Below are positions 7,995-18,130 of a stretch of DNA of 64,000 bases, in pieces. Position numbers and translations under genes: made by a program. Location: positions 288,001 to 352,000 of the forward strand of contig JAXGYC010000010.1 in NCBI GenBank assembly GCA_040772485.1, in the 5' to 3' direction. Numbering within the stretch: position 1 is the first letter of the stretch; every line of letters starts with the position of its first letter. Below the pieces are notes generated by a model. That model was given only the letters and a program-made list of their open reading frames with translations. It had not been told where the DNA came from and searched no databases. This DNA is from Sedimentisphaerales bacterium (GTDB lineage Bacteria > Planctomycetota > Phycisphaerae > Sedimentisphaerales > Anaerobacaceae).

Positions 7995-10937
7995 TCACTC
8001 GGCAGCCGACGGACGGCCGAAGCTGATATCATCGATGTAGACGATGCCGGAGCCGCCGTCGGTGGGATTGGCCCGATTGCCGACGCCAATCGTCATCACC
8101 TCCACCCGGCCGAGGTTCACTCCCGTGAACTCGCTCATCGGGATCAGCCATTCGTTCCAGCCCGCCAGAAGGACAGCCGCGTCGCCGGCCGGATGGCTGG
8201 CGGTGGCGGTCTTGCCCGCCGCGTCTTCCAGCGTCACGTAGAGCTGGGCGGCTCCGTTGCCTTCGGGGTGATCGCCGCCGATAGTCTCCACGGCCCAGGC
8301 GCCGTTGACGTTGCCCGTGGTCGTCACGCCGGAAAACTCCGCGCTGGCCAGGACGCCGGCGCTGTGGCTGGTGATCGCCAGACCGACGTAAACGTTCGCG
8401 CCCATCGCGATCGTCTGCGGGTTCCACGCCATCGCCGTCCAGTTCTCTCCATCGGTCGAGTAGTAGCCGTTGAACGCGTTGCCCACGCGCTCGATCTTCA
8501 CCCAGTACGGGGCGACCAGAGCGGTCTGCTCCGTGGTGACCACGCCACTGTCACTGACCGCCGCGACATCGGCCGTCAGACGGGCCTGATAGCGGCACCC
8601 GTAATCCGGCGTCGCATACACCGCCGCGAACGGCGAACCGGCCTCCAGCGTCTCGCGAATCATCACGCCCGCCTTGGTCCAGTCGACCGCACGCGATACG
8701 CTCTCGACGAGCGCCACGATCGAGCCGTCGCCGCTGAGAGGCTTGTACGCGAAACGGAACTCGTCGGTGGCGTTCCAGATGTCCGTGCCGGCCGCACCCA
8801 TCACGATCTTGCCATTGGCCAACTCCACGAACGGCCCGGGGACACCCTGGAAGCAGACCACCAGCGTGTTGGCGCCGTTGCCGCTCCAGTCCTGCGCGGC
8901 ATCAAAGGTCTGTGTGGCTTCGGAGTAGAATGGCGAAGCCGTATTGTCGTAGGCCAGCGGCATCGACTGACGGCCGGTGCGTACGATGCTCTGCTCGGCG
9001 AACGGCGCATCGAAGTAGCCGACGGTGGACCCGGTGTCGTTGACCCAGCCATCCACCCAGGTGTCGAAGATCGTCGTGCCGGTGTCGATGTTGTCGTCGT
9101 AGGTCTCGAAACCATCGATGAGAATGAAGTCGAGCGTCGAGAAGCTCCACAGATCGCCGGCCCAGACCTCGTCGCTGACCGCGTCGATCCGCCAGTAGTA
9201 GGTGGTGCCGAAGGTGAGTGGCTCCGGCGTGAAAGCGGTTCCGTCCACACTGGCCGCCAGCGACAGCTCGTCCGGTTCTGTGCCGAGATACACGTCGTGC
9301 GAAGTCGCATCGCGACCCATGCGCCAACCCAGCGGTGTATCGGGGTCGACCTGCGTCGCGCTGTCGGCCGGCTGCGGCTGGCGGGCCCGGGCGGGAATGG
9401 ACAGGAACCGGACCTCACTGAGGCCAAACTGAGGGAACAGGGTGCCCCAATTGCTGTTGACCGTCAGCCGGACCGCCCGCGCGGCCGCGCCGGCGAAGTC
9501 GACCGTGGTATTGGCGGCATATCCTGGCGCAGCGGTCGCCCGAGCGAACTCGAAATCACCCAGGACCGTCCAGTCCTCGCCGTCTTCGGAATACGCGACG
9601 GTGACGTCCTTGCAGCCATAACCCAGAACCGCCTCGAACTGCACGTTGTAGTTCCAGACGAGCATCGCGTGCAGCTTCTCGATGCGGTCGAATTCGTATT
9701 GGATGTACAGGGCGCCATCGGCCGGAGGATCGGCCAGCCACATATCGGCCGCTTCGATCGAGTGCAGGTCGGCACTGTCCAGGCCGGAGCCGTCGACTGT
9801 CTTCCCGGGGCCGGCGGTCGCTGCCGAGATCCCATTGCTGGTGGCGACGACATTCCCAAGCAAATAGGCGAACGGCTCGGTAGTGAAGCTCCAGACCTGC
9901 CCCTTGTAGATCGTGCTGTCCGGCGGCGCGTTGACCTCATCGACGCGCCAGTAGTAGGTCGTCTCGAAATCGAGAAAACCGGCCGGATCGTAATCGGCTG
10001 TCATCTGTCCCTGACTGACAAGCACACCCCTCGGATCGGTCCGGCTGGCCAGATCGACGTCCTCGAACACTGTCCCCAGATAGATGTCGTGCGTATCGGC
10101 ATAGCCCCCCGGTTCCCAGCCCAGCACAACCTCGCGCGGCACATCCACCGCCCCGCCGCCCGGGGTCGGTGCGTGCGCTGCCGCGGGTGGCGCTCCGGGC
10201 GACACCGGCGCCGCGTCCGTCGTCCACAAGGGCCCGGAGATCGTTCCATCGTTGCCCTGGGGCGAGCTGTCGGCGGCTGTCGTTCCCTGCCCCTCATTGA
10301 ATCGCCAGTAGCCGACCAGCCCTGCTTCCGTGCCCCGAAGCTCGGTGCTCATGTCGGCCAGGATCTCGGCCTCCGTGCGGGCATGGTCCCAGATGCGGAC
10401 TTCGTCGATGAGGCCGGGGAAGAACCGAGTGTTGCTGCTGGTCGAGCCGATGCGAATCCGGTCCAGAACGCTCAAGCCACTGACCGACTGCGGCATGTTG
10501 CCCAGGACGCCCTCCTGAACCCCATCAACCACGATCGCAATCTGCGTCCCGCTCTTGACGAAGGTCAGGTGGTGCCAGGCGCCGAGGACGTTCGTTCTGC
10601 CTCGTACACCCCAGACGCCGACGCCGTCGGCAGCGGTCTGGAATCGCGACCTCGGCACCCCATCGGCCTCCACCTGGAAATGAAAACCGGCGCGGCCAGC
10701 GGCAGCGCCCCAGTAGCTGTTCGACACGACGACGCGCGTGTCGTTGATCCACGGGCTATCGGCCTTGACCCAGGCCGACATGGTGATATCCTCTGAAATC
10801 AGCGCGGTGCCAATCTCGACATAGTCATTGGCGCCGTCGAATTGCAGCGCAGAGCCGCTGGCGGCCGATCCGGAACTCACGACACACGCCAGAGCCAGCA
10901 ACACCGCCCCCACGCAATGGATCAGTCGTAATCGCAT
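7995..10937 (-). CDS. Secreted modular protein (N-terminal LamG + family core + inserted ConA/DUF1349-like domain)
   Basis: GAGGAGG RBS; signal peptide; ALQFDG..WHHLTFV..IDEVRIWD LamG; same core as 1490-4312; DIWN..DEFRFAYK.L.GDG.I.A.V...W.KAGVMIRE insert. Confidence 0.85.
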   Translation of the reverse strand: MRLRLIHCVGAVLLALACVVSSGSAASGSALQFDGANDYVEIGTALISEDITMSAWVKADSPWINDTRVVVSNSYWGAAAGRAGFHFQVEADGVPRSRFQTAADGVGVWGVRGRTNVLGAWHHLTFVKSGTQIAIVVDGVQEGVLGNMPQSVSGLSVLDRIRIGSTSSNTRFFPGLIDEVRIWDHARTEAEILADMSTELRGTEAGLVGYWRFNEGQGTTAADSSPQGNDGTISGPLWTTDAAPVSPGAPPAAAHAPTPGGGAVDVPREVVLGWEPGGYADTHDIYLGTVFEDVDLASRTDPRGVLVSQGQMTADYDPAGFLDFETTYYWRVDEVNAPPDSTIYKGQVWSFTTEPFAYLLGNVVATSNGISAATAGPGKTVDGSGLDSADLHSIEAADMWLADPPADGALYIQYEFDRIEKLHAMLVWNYNVQFEAVLGYGCKDVTVAYSEDGEDWTVLGDFEFARATAAPGYAANTTVDFAGAAARAVRLTVNSNWGTLFPQFGLSEVRFLSIPARARQPQPADSATQVDPDTPLGWRMGRDATSHDVYLGTEPDELSLAASVDGTAFTPEPLTFGTTYYWRIDAVSDEVWAGDLWSFSTLDFILIDGFETYDDNIDTGTTIFDTWVDGWVNDTGSTVGYFDAPFAEQSIVRTGRQSMPLAYDNTASPFYSEATQTFDAAQDWSGNGANTLVVCFQGVPGPFVELANGKIVMGAAGTDIWNATDEFRFAYKPLSGDGSIVALVESVSRAVDWTKAGVMIRETLEAGSPFAAVYATPDYGCRYQARLTADVAAVSDSGVVTTEQTALVAPYWVKIERVGNAFNGYYSTDGENWTAMAWNPQTIAMGANVYVGLAITSHSAGVLASAEFSGVTTTGNVNGAWAVETIGGDHPEGNGAAQLYVTLEDAAGKTATASHPAGDAAVLLAGWNEWLIPMSEFTGVNLGRVEVMTIGVGNRANPTDGGSGIVYIDDISFGRPSAAE
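8195..8905. repeat. Near-identical ~700-bp tract, copy 1 (copy 2 at ~11422-12132)
   Basis: Aligns at offset 3227 with about 32 mismatches over ~700 bp by manual count, mostly synonymous. Confidence 0.9.
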
Positions 10938-11136
10938 GGCAATCCTCCTCGCATGAATCGATGATGTTTGCATAGCGGATTGACCGGCCGACGCAACCGG
11001 CCCTCTATCTGACTATTTTACTCTGCTCGCCATGTGCTGCAAAGATCCTCCAGTGAGATACTCGCCGCCATCGCCCCTCTGCTTGCCCTTCCCTGGCGTG
11101 CACTATGCCGGCTGCGGAGGCCATGCATCGTGTAAC

Positions 11137-11171
11137 AAGAAGGGCCTGTACCCACAGAAGGCACAGGCCCT
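11137..11171 (-). terminator. Probable intrinsic terminator
   Basis: AGGGCCTGT...ACAGGCCCT stem followed by TCTTGTT on the minus strand. Confidence 0.55.
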
Positions 11172-11224
11172 GAACATACGCCACAATCCATACCGCTACC
11201 GCGTATCCGTCGCGATCCGGTTCG

Positions 11225-14170
11225 CTACTCGGCGACTGGTCGGCCGAAGCCGATGTCGTCGACGTAGACGATGCCGGAGCCGCCGGCGGACGGGCTGGTC
11301 CGGTTGCCGACCCCGATGGTCATCGCCTCGATCCGGGCCAGGTTCACGCCGGCCAGATCGCTGTACGGGATCGCCCATTCGTTCCAGCCGGCCAGGAACA
11401 CGGCCCCGGCACCGGCCGGATGGGTCGCGGTGGCGGTCTTGCCCGCCGCATCTTCCAGCGTCACATAGAGCTGGGCGCCTCCGTTGCCTTCGGGGTGGTC
11501 GCCGCCGATGGTCTCCACGGCCCAGGCGCCGTTGACGTTGCCCGTGGTCGCCACGCCGGAGAACTCCGCGCTGGCCAGGACGCCGGCGCTGTGGCTGGTG
11601 ATCGCCAAGCCGATGTAGACGTTCGCGCCCATCGCGATCGTCTGCGGGTTCCACGCCATCGCTGTCCAGTTCTCTCCGTCGGTCGAGTAGTAGCCGTTGA
11701 ACGCGTTGCCCACGCGCTCGATCTTCACCCAGTACGGAGCGACCAGAGCGGTCTGCTCCGTGGTGACCACGCCGCTGTCGCTGACCGCCGCAACATCAGC
11801 GGTAAGACGGGCCTGATAGCGGCACCCGTAATCCGGCGTCGCATACACCGCCGCGAACGGCGAACCGGCCTCCAGCGTCTCGCGAATCATCACACCGCCC
11901 TTGGTCCAGTCGACCGCACGCGATACGCTCTCGACGAGCGCCACGATCGAGCCGTCGCCGCTCAGTGGCTTGTACGCGAAACGGAACTCGTCGGTGGCGT
12001 TCCAGATGTCCGTGCCGGCCGCACCCATGATGATCGTGCCATTGGCCAACTCCATGAACGGCCCGGGGACACCCTGGAAGTAGACCACCAGCGTATTGGC
12101 GCCATTGCCGCTCCAGTCCTGCGCGGCGTCGAAGACTCGCGTGGTCTCGGAGTAGAACGGCGACCCGCTGTTGTCGTACAGAAGAGGCATGGACTGGCCG
12201 CCACCATGAACGATCGTCTGCTCAGCGAACGGCGCGTTTATGTAGCCTACCGTTGCGCCGGTCTGATTGACCCAGCCATCCACCCAGGTGTCGAAGATGG
12301 CCTCGCCGGCTTCGATGTCGTCGGTGTAGTCCTCGAAGCCGTCGACCAATGCGTACTCCTGTGTCGAGAAGCTCCACAGCTCGCCGGCCCACAACTCGGC
12401 CCCGGCCTCATCGATTCGCCAGTAATATGTGTTCCCGAAATCGAGCGCGTCCGGCGAGAAGCTGGCCGCCGTCACGCTGTCGGCCAGAGTCAGATTCTCC
12501 GCGTCCGTACCGAAGTAGATCTCATGCGTGGTGGCCTCGCGGCCGGCACGCCAACTCAGGATGGTGTCCGGATCGACGCCCGTGGCGCCGTCGGCCGGCT
12601 GCGGCTCGCGGGCCTGCGCCGGCGTGTAGGTGAACCGGACTTCGCTCAGACCATACTGGCCCATCACGCCGTGTCCGCTGTTGATCGTGAACCGCACGAA
12701 CTTCGCCGCGACTCCTGCAAGATCGACGACCGTATTGGCAACGTAATTGTCCGTGGCGGTCGCCTTGGCAAACTCGGTGTCCGTCAAAACTGTCCATTCG
12801 GCGCCGTCGATCGAGTACTCGATGGTAACGTCTTTGAGCCCGAAGCCCAGCACCGGCTCGAACATCACGTTGTAGTTCCAGACCCTCAACTCGTAGAGCT
12901 TGAACACCTTCTCGAACTCGAACTGAATCCAAACCGGTGCTTCCTCGCCCGGGGCGGCCATCCACATGTCAGTCGCCTCGGTGGAATGCTGATCGGCATC
13001 GTTGAGACCGGAGCCGTTGACCGTATTCTCGGGTCCGCTCGTCTCTTCGGAGACACCGTTTGTGGTCGCGATGACGTTCGCAATCGGATATGCGATCGGC
13101 TCGGTCGTGAAACTCCAGACCTTGCCGACGTACTGGGTCACGCCGTCGGCCGCAAAGCCATCCACGCGCCAGTAGTAGGTCTGGCCGAAATCCAGCGGGT
13201 CGGCTGCATCGTACGTGTCGCCGGCCTGCCCCTGGCTGACCAGGACCCCCATCGAGTTGGCCCTGCTGGCGGCGGTAACGTCATCCAGCGAAGTCCCGAA
13301 GTACACGTCGTGGGTGGCCACGCCTTCGCCCGGCATCCAGCCGAGGACCACGTCGCGAGGCACATCAGTCGCGCCGTCTTCCGGTGTCGGACTCGCGGCC
13401 CGTCCGGGCTCGATGTCTTCACCCATCATGTAGAGGATCGCATTGGCGAACACGGCCTTGCCCGTCTCGGTGAGATTGAACTTGCCTTGGGGCGTGGCGC
13501 CGGATTCCTGGGTCCCCATGCAGAAGAGCATGCGGTTGCCGGCGGGCGTGCCGGCGCCGCTGTAGAAGGCCTCGCCGGCCGGCCATTCGACGATGCATGC
13601 GTTGGTGCCCGTCGAGACGATCACCGTGCCGCTACCGAGGGTCAGCATGCCCAACATGGACGTCTGGCCCGTACCGGTCGTGCCGTCGACCAACTGGACC
13701 GTGTTGCCGGCGCCGAGGTCCACACCGGTGAAGATGGGGTGCTCGGGCAGCAGGACGTCCATCGTCGGACCGACGAGGTTGTTGATGGTGGTGGTATTGG
13801 CCCACAGCCATCGGCTGTTTCGGGCAAGGTAGCTCGTCATGTTGATCATCGGGGTCGTGACGCTGTTCCACTGGCCCACCTCGGCGGCATCTGTGGCATA
13901 CTGGGCGCTGTCGGTCGAGCGACTGACGATGATCAAATCGGCCGCGTTGAGGGCCGCGATCTTCGTCGCATCCAGCGCCGTCCAGTTGCCCCGCTGAACG
14001 TCCAACTCGTGCCCCAGAGACCGCACGAAATCCTCGGCCTCCAGGTCGTCCTGGACCCCGTCGACGTCCGTATCATACGCCTGCGAGACCCAGATGATAT
14101 TGGCCGCTTGGGACGCAGGACACAACAGAAGCCCCAGCAGCAACATGAGGGAAACGACTTTCGAGTGCAT
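11225..14170 (-). CDS. Secreted modular protein (unknown N-terminal alpha/beta domain + family core + inserted ConA/DUF1349-like domain)
   Basis: AGGAGG RBS; MHSKVVSLMLLLGLLLCPASQA signal; N-domain NIIWVS..LNAADLIIVSRST.S..Y; family core; C-terminal part shared with 7995-10937. Confidence 0.85.
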   Translation of the reverse strand: MHSKVVSLMLLLGLLLCPASQAANIIWVSQAYDTDVDGVQDDLEAEDFVRSLGHELDVQRGNWTALDATKIAALNAADLIIVSRSTDSAQYATDAAEVGQWNSVTTPMINMTSYLARNSRWLWANTTTINNLVGPTMDVLLPEHPIFTGVDLGAGNTVQLVDGTTGTGQTSMLGMLTLGSGTVIVSTGTNACIVEWPAGEAFYSGAGTPAGNRMLFCMGTQESGATPQGKFNLTETGKAVFANAILYMMGEDIEPGRAASPTPEDGATDVPRDVVLGWMPGEGVATHDVYFGTSLDDVTAASRANSMGVLVSQGQAGDTYDAADPLDFGQTYYWRVDGFAADGVTQYVGKVWSFTTEPIAYPIANVIATTNGVSEETSGPENTVNGSGLNDADQHSTEATDMWMAAPGEEAPVWIQFEFEKVFKLYELRVWNYNVMFEPVLGFGLKDVTIEYSIDGAEWTVLTDTEFAKATATDNYVANTVVDLAGVAAKFVRFTINSGHGVMGQYGLSEVRFTYTPAQAREPQPADGATGVDPDTILSWRAGREATTHEIYFGTDAENLTLADSVTAASFSPDALDFGNTYYWRIDEAGAELWAGELWSFSTQEYALVDGFEDYTDDIEAGEAIFDTWVDGWVNQTGATVGYINAPFAEQTIVHGGGQSMPLLYDNSGSPFYSETTRVFDAAQDWSGNGANTLVVYFQGVPGPFMELANGTIIMGAAGTDIWNATDEFRFAYKPLSGDGSIVALVESVSRAVDWTKGGVMIRETLEAGSPFAAVYATPDYGCRYQARLTADVAAVSDSGVVTTEQTALVAPYWVKIERVGNAFNGYYSTDGENWTAMAWNPQTIAMGANVYIGLAITSHSAGVLASAEFSGVATTGNVNGAWAVETIGGDHPEGNGGAQLYVTLEDAAGKTATATHPAGAGAVFLAGWNEWAIPYSDLAGVNLARIEAMTIGVGNRTSPSAGGSGIVYVDDIGFGRPVAE
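11422..12132. repeat. Near-identical ~700-bp tract, copy 2
   Basis: Matches 8195-8905. Confidence 0.9.
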
Positions 14171-14245
14171 CAGGTGTTCCTCCTTCCAGTAGTAATGGGC
14201 GATAGCCCTACAACAGTGAGGTGATTGACGATGCCCGTAGCATCG

Positions 14246-14275
14246 TTTATACCAGATGGGGGCCTGTGACTTCAA
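14246..14275 (-). promoter_or_regulatory. Sigma70-type promoter candidate with extended -10
   Basis: TTGAAG-N18-TATAAA (ATCTGGTATAAA). Confidence 0.55.
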
Positions 14276-14357
14276 GTAAAAATCGCGTCCCCCGGGCCGG
14301 CAATGGAGGGGGCATGCTGCGACGGAGCGAGGGAGGCCAGTGTATCCCCGGGCAAGG

Positions 14358-14981
14358 TCAGTTGCCCGGCCGAAGCAGCCATTCGGCAGAGAGCCTCCTG
14401 CCGGCGGGGATCAGGCAGGTGACTTCGAGCACATACATCTTCTTCTCAGGAGAGATCTGGACCGGAACCACAAATTCGTAGGCCCGCAGGAAATCCCGCC
14501 AGTATTTCTGGTTCTCGGCCGGGCTGGTCAGATCCATGTCCGGCCAGATCGCGATCCGCTGGCCCTTGGGCTCGGCGGACCGCTGAACGTAGTCGTACAG
14601 CTCGATGCGGAATACCCCGGGCGCTTTCATCTGGGAGCCGTAGGCATCCGCGAGAGAAACGTAGACATTCAACTGCTGGCCCCGATCATCTGTCGGCTGG
14701 CTCAGCTCCGTCAGAGGCAGGACGGTGATCGCTGCCGGCCCGAACCCACTCGCGGGAGCCGCGGGAGCGGCGGGAGCCGGTTCCACGACCTGCGCCGTCC
14801 TGGGCTGGGTCTGCACCAGCGGCTCGGTGTCACGAGAGGGTGAATCCCCGCTGCCTCCCGCCTGCGGCTCGCCGCATCCGGCGCAGAGCGCCATCGACAT
14901 CAGCAAGCACGGGGCGGCCCACTTCAGGAGCAGGCCGATGGACTTCCGACGGTCCGGTCGAATGATCGTTCGCTCGTCCAT
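14358..14981 (-). CDS. Hypothetical lipoprotein
   Basis: Lipobox LCAGC, Pro/Ala linker, globular C-terminal domain; starts 3 bp after the ribBA stop. Confidence 0.7.
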   Translation of the reverse strand: MDERTIIRPDRRKSIGLLLKWAAPCLLMSMALCAGCGEPQAGGSGDSPSRDTEPLVQTQPRTAQVVEPAPAAPAAPASGFGPAAITVLPLTELSQPTDDRGQQLNVYVSLADAYGSQMKAPGVFRIELYDYVQRSAEPKGQRIAIWPDMDLTSPAENQKYWRDFLRAYEFVVPVQISPEKKMYVLEVTCLIPAGRRLSAEWLLRPGN

Positions 14982-14984
14982 GAA

Positions 14985-16256
14985 CTATAGATCCTCATCC
15001 AGCAAATGTCCGAGACGGTGCTTCTTGGTGCGCAGGTAGTTGATGTTGTGCTCGCCCGGGACCGCCTGCAAGGGGACCTGCTCGGAGATCTGGATGCCGT
15101 AGACCTCCAGCCGGCTGACCTTCTTGGGATTGTTGGTCAGAATCCGCACGTTGCGAAGACCCAAATCCCGGCAAATCTGCGCGCCGATGCCGTAGTCGCG
15201 ACGGTCGGCGCTGAAGCCCAGCTTCAGGTTCGCGTCCACGGTGTCCAGGCCCTGCTCCTGAAGCTCGTAAGCGCGCAGCTTGTTGGACAGGCCGATGCCT
15301 CGACCCTCCTGACGCAGATAGATCAGAGCTCCTTTGCCCTCTTCTTCGATCATCTGCATGGCGGTAATGAGTTGATAGCCGCACTCGCAGCGCTGCGAAT
15401 GGAACAGATCACCGGTCAGGCACTCCGAATGCACGCGAATGAGGACCGGCTCGGGATGCTCGACGACATTGCCGGCCTCGTCACGGTCGCCGATGCCTCC
15501 CTTGCACAGGGCCAGGTGCGGCTCCGGGCTGGTCATGCTCTCGTAGGCGAAGAGCTTGAAATCGCCGTAGTCGGTGGGCAGACTGACCGACACGATGCGT
15601 TTGACGTGGCTCTCCCGTTGCAGCCGGTACTCGATGAGCTTGGCGATCGAGAGCACCTTCAGGCCGTGCTGCCTGCAAAACTGCAACAGTTCGGGGACAC
15701 GGGCCATCGATCCATCCTCGTTCATGATCTCGCAGATCACCGCGGCCGGTTTCAGGCCGGCCAGGCGGGCCAGATCGATCGCCCCCTCCGTCTGTCCGGC
15801 GCGGACGAGAACCCCGCCGTCTCGGGCACGCAGCGGAAAGATGTGGCCCGGCCGCGCCAAATCGCGGGCTCTGGCGCCGTCGGCGATGGCCACCTGGATC
15901 GTGTGCGCCCGGTCCGCGGCGCTGATCCCCGTCGTGATGCCCTCGGCGGCATCCACGGAGACCGTGAACGCCGTTCCGAAACGGGCGGTGTTCTCCAGCG
16001 CCTGTGGATACAACCCCAGGGCGTCGCACTTCTCGGCGGTCAGCGGCAGGCAAATCAGCCCGCGACCGTACTTCGCCATGAAGTTGATGATCTCCGGCGT
16101 GACCTTCTGGGCGGCGCAGATCAGGTCCCCCTCGTTCTCGCGATCCTCCGCGTCCACGAGGACGGCCATCTTGCCCTGCCGAAGGTCCTCCAGCACTTCC
16201 GGCACATCACTGAACGCGACTGTGGGTGTTTCCTGCTGCGAAGGAGACTGGCTCAT
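14985..16256 (-). CDS. ribBA: Bifunctional DHBP synthase / GTP cyclohydrolase II
   Basis: DRENEGDL, TAFTVSVDA, TTGISA.DRA, PGHIFPL; RVHSECLTGD, RCECG, RQEGRGIGL, LTNNP.K. Confidence 0.96.
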   Translation of the reverse strand: MSQSPSQQETPTVAFSDVPEVLEDLRQGKMAVLVDAEDRENEGDLICAAQKVTPEIINFMAKYGRGLICLPLTAEKCDALGLYPQALENTARFGTAFTVSVDAAEGITTGISAADRAHTIQVAIADGARARDLARPGHIFPLRARDGGVLVRAGQTEGAIDLARLAGLKPAAVICEIMNEDGSMARVPELLQFCRQHGLKVLSIAKLIEYRLQRESHVKRIVSVSLPTDYGDFKLFAYESMTSPEPHLALCKGGIGDRDEAGNVVEHPEPVLIRVHSECLTGDLFHSQRCECGYQLITAMQMIEEEGKGALIYLRQEGRGIGLSNKLRAYELQEQGLDTVDANLKLGFSADRRDYGIGAQICRDLGLRNVRILTNNPKKVSRLEVYGIQISEQVPLQAVPGEHNINYLRTKKHRLGHLLDEDL

Positions 16257-16272
16257 GCTCACACTGGACTGC

Positions 16273-16992
16273 CTAACGCACTTGTGTCTTGTCTGTATTC
16301 GTCGAGTCGGTGGCCGCAGTTTTCCCGCCGGACCGCTCAAACTGTTCAATATAGCGGCTTCCGTTGCGGATGTAAACCAGGGTGGCCAGAATGGCCACGA
16401 CCGCCGCCGACCACCAGAGGACGCTCAATCCCGTTCTGTAGTACGGGATCCATCGTGAGAATTCCGGCGCCGTCAGCACGCAGGCGACCATCACCAGTTG
16501 CAGCGCGGTGGCCGCCTTGCCCAGGAGCACGGGCACAACGTGAATCTGCGAGGTGACCAGGTACACGATGACAAACCCCAGCACGATCAGGACGTCCTTG
16601 CCCACGATCGCCACCACGACGGCCAAAGGCAGCGTGAACCCCTCGACGTGGCCCCTTTGCGAAGCGAGCAGCAGACAGGCGCTCGTCATGAGCAGCTTGT
16701 CGGCAACCGGGTCGAGAAATGTGCCCAGCTTCGTGATCTGCCTGTAGTGGCGAGCCAGATAGCCGTCCAGGGCGTCGCTGACCGCCATGAACAGGAACAC
16801 GGCGATAGCGACGTAGCGAAACGCCCGCCGCGCGTGCTCGCCGATCGACGGATCGTTGGTGTTCAGCAAACACATGATGAACGGCACGATCAGGAGGATG
16901 CGGACCAGCGTGATCCGCGTCGCCCAACTGAGCTTGAATCGCTCGGCCGACCGTGACAGGCGAAGAAAGCGAAGCCAACCGTCGAGTTTCAT
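16273..16992 (-). CDS. CDP-alcohol phosphatidyltransferase (PgsA-like)
   Basis: SDALDGYLAR...T.LG.FLDPVADK signature; multiple TM helices. Confidence 0.88.
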   Translation of the reverse strand: MKLDGWLRFLRLSRSAERFKLSWATRITLVRILLIVPFIMCLLNTNDPSIGEHARRAFRYVAIAVFLFMAVSDALDGYLARHYRQITKLGTFLDPVADKLLMTSACLLLASQRGHVEGFTLPLAVVVAIVGKDVLIVLGFVIVYLVTSQIHVVPVLLGKAATALQLVMVACVLTAPEFSRWIPYYRTGLSVLWWSAAVVAILATLVYIRNGSRYIEQFERSGGKTAATDSTNTDKTQVR

Positions 16993-17158
16993 CGCATTGT
17001 CCTCATCCGGGCCTCCGAAGGCCCCTGTGCATCCCCATTGCGTCGTTCCGCTGACGTGGTATACTACGACGAGCCCGTCGCCTTGGCAATGCTCTGATCC
17101 CGATGGACGTCGAGATCGGGACGCGGGCACTGCGGAACGGGCAGCGGAGCGGATCGTT

Positions 17159-18130
17159 ATGAGTTCGAAGACGGGACTGGGACAGGCCTACTACGATTTG
17201 TCGGTGATGATGGACGCAGGCGTGCCGATCCTGCGCTCGCTGGACATCGCCATCGAGGGACGCCAGGGGTACCTCAAGCGCGTTCTCATGCGGATCCGAG
17301 ACTCAATTTCCAAAGGATCGGACCTGTCCACCGCCCTGGCAGAGCATCGCAACGTGTTTCCCCAGTTGGATCGCATGCTCATCGAAGCGGCGGAAACCTC
17401 GGGGTCGCTCGGCCCCTCCTTCAAGATGCTGGCCGACTGGCACGAGTTCGTCCATCGCATCACCCGCCGCATGTTGGTGGGATTGATCTACCCCATCCTC
17501 CTTCTCCACATGGGAGCGTTCATTGGTGCCTTTGCCGATGTCATCCTCGATGGATTCACATTGCGAAGCTTCATCATGGGCGCGTTGCATCTGCTCCAGT
17601 ACTTCTACATCCTCGCCGCCATCGTGCTTGTGTTCATGTTCCTGAGAAACCGAAGTACCTTGCTCCGCTGGCCGCTGGATTTCCTCGTCCTGAGGATCCC
17701 GTTGCTGGGCAAGGCGGTCTATCACATGTCCGTGTGCCGGTACGCCAGGACATTTGCCATGATGTACGGGGCGGGCGTCCCCATCACCGAGGTGACGGAC
17801 CGTGCCACGCGCGCCACCGGCAATGAGGTTGTCGCACGCCTCTTCGCCGGAGGCAAGGACAGCGTCCGCGCCGGTGGGCTGGCTTGGGAAGGATATTCCA
17901 AGCGCCTGCCGCCGCAGTATCTGCACCTGTTCCAGATCGGCGAGGAGACCGGAGAACTGGACAAGACCGCCGCGAAGGTTGGAGAAATCGCCGGCGACCA
18001 CGCCGACCTGCTCTTCACCGAATGGGCACGATGGGCGCCGATCGTCATCTACATCATCATCATGATCGTCCTGGTGATGAAGATCCTGGGGATTTGGCAG
18101 AAGATCTATGGCACGGCGCTGTCTTTCTGA
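17159..18130 (+). CDS. Type II secretion F / PilC-family inner membrane platform protein
   Basis: Two T2SSF repeats (LSVMMDAGVPILRSL..AAETSGSL; FAMMYGAGVPI..IGEETGELD); LIYP and LLRIP-like motifs. Confidence 0.88.
   Translation: MSSKTGLGQAYYDLSVMMDAGVPILRSLDIAIEGRQGYLKRVLMRIRDSISKGSDLSTALAEHRNVFPQLDRMLIEAAETSGSLGPSFKMLADWHEFVHRITRRMLVGLIYPILLLHMGAFIGAFADVILDGFTLRSFIMGALHLLQYFYILAAIVLVFMFLRNRSTLLRWPLDFLVLRIPLLGKAVYHMSVCRYARTFAMMYGAGVPITEVTDRATRATGNEVVARLFAGGKDSVRAGGLAWEGYSKRLPPQYLHLFQIGEETGELDKTAAKVGEIAGDHADLLFTEWARWAPIVIYIIIMIVLVMKILGIWQKIYGTALSF

Noticed and set aside
8195..12132. Diversity-generating retroelement (TR/VR pair)
   Set aside because: Both copies are coding, mismatches are mostly synonymous and not adenine-specific, and no reverse transcriptase is in the window.
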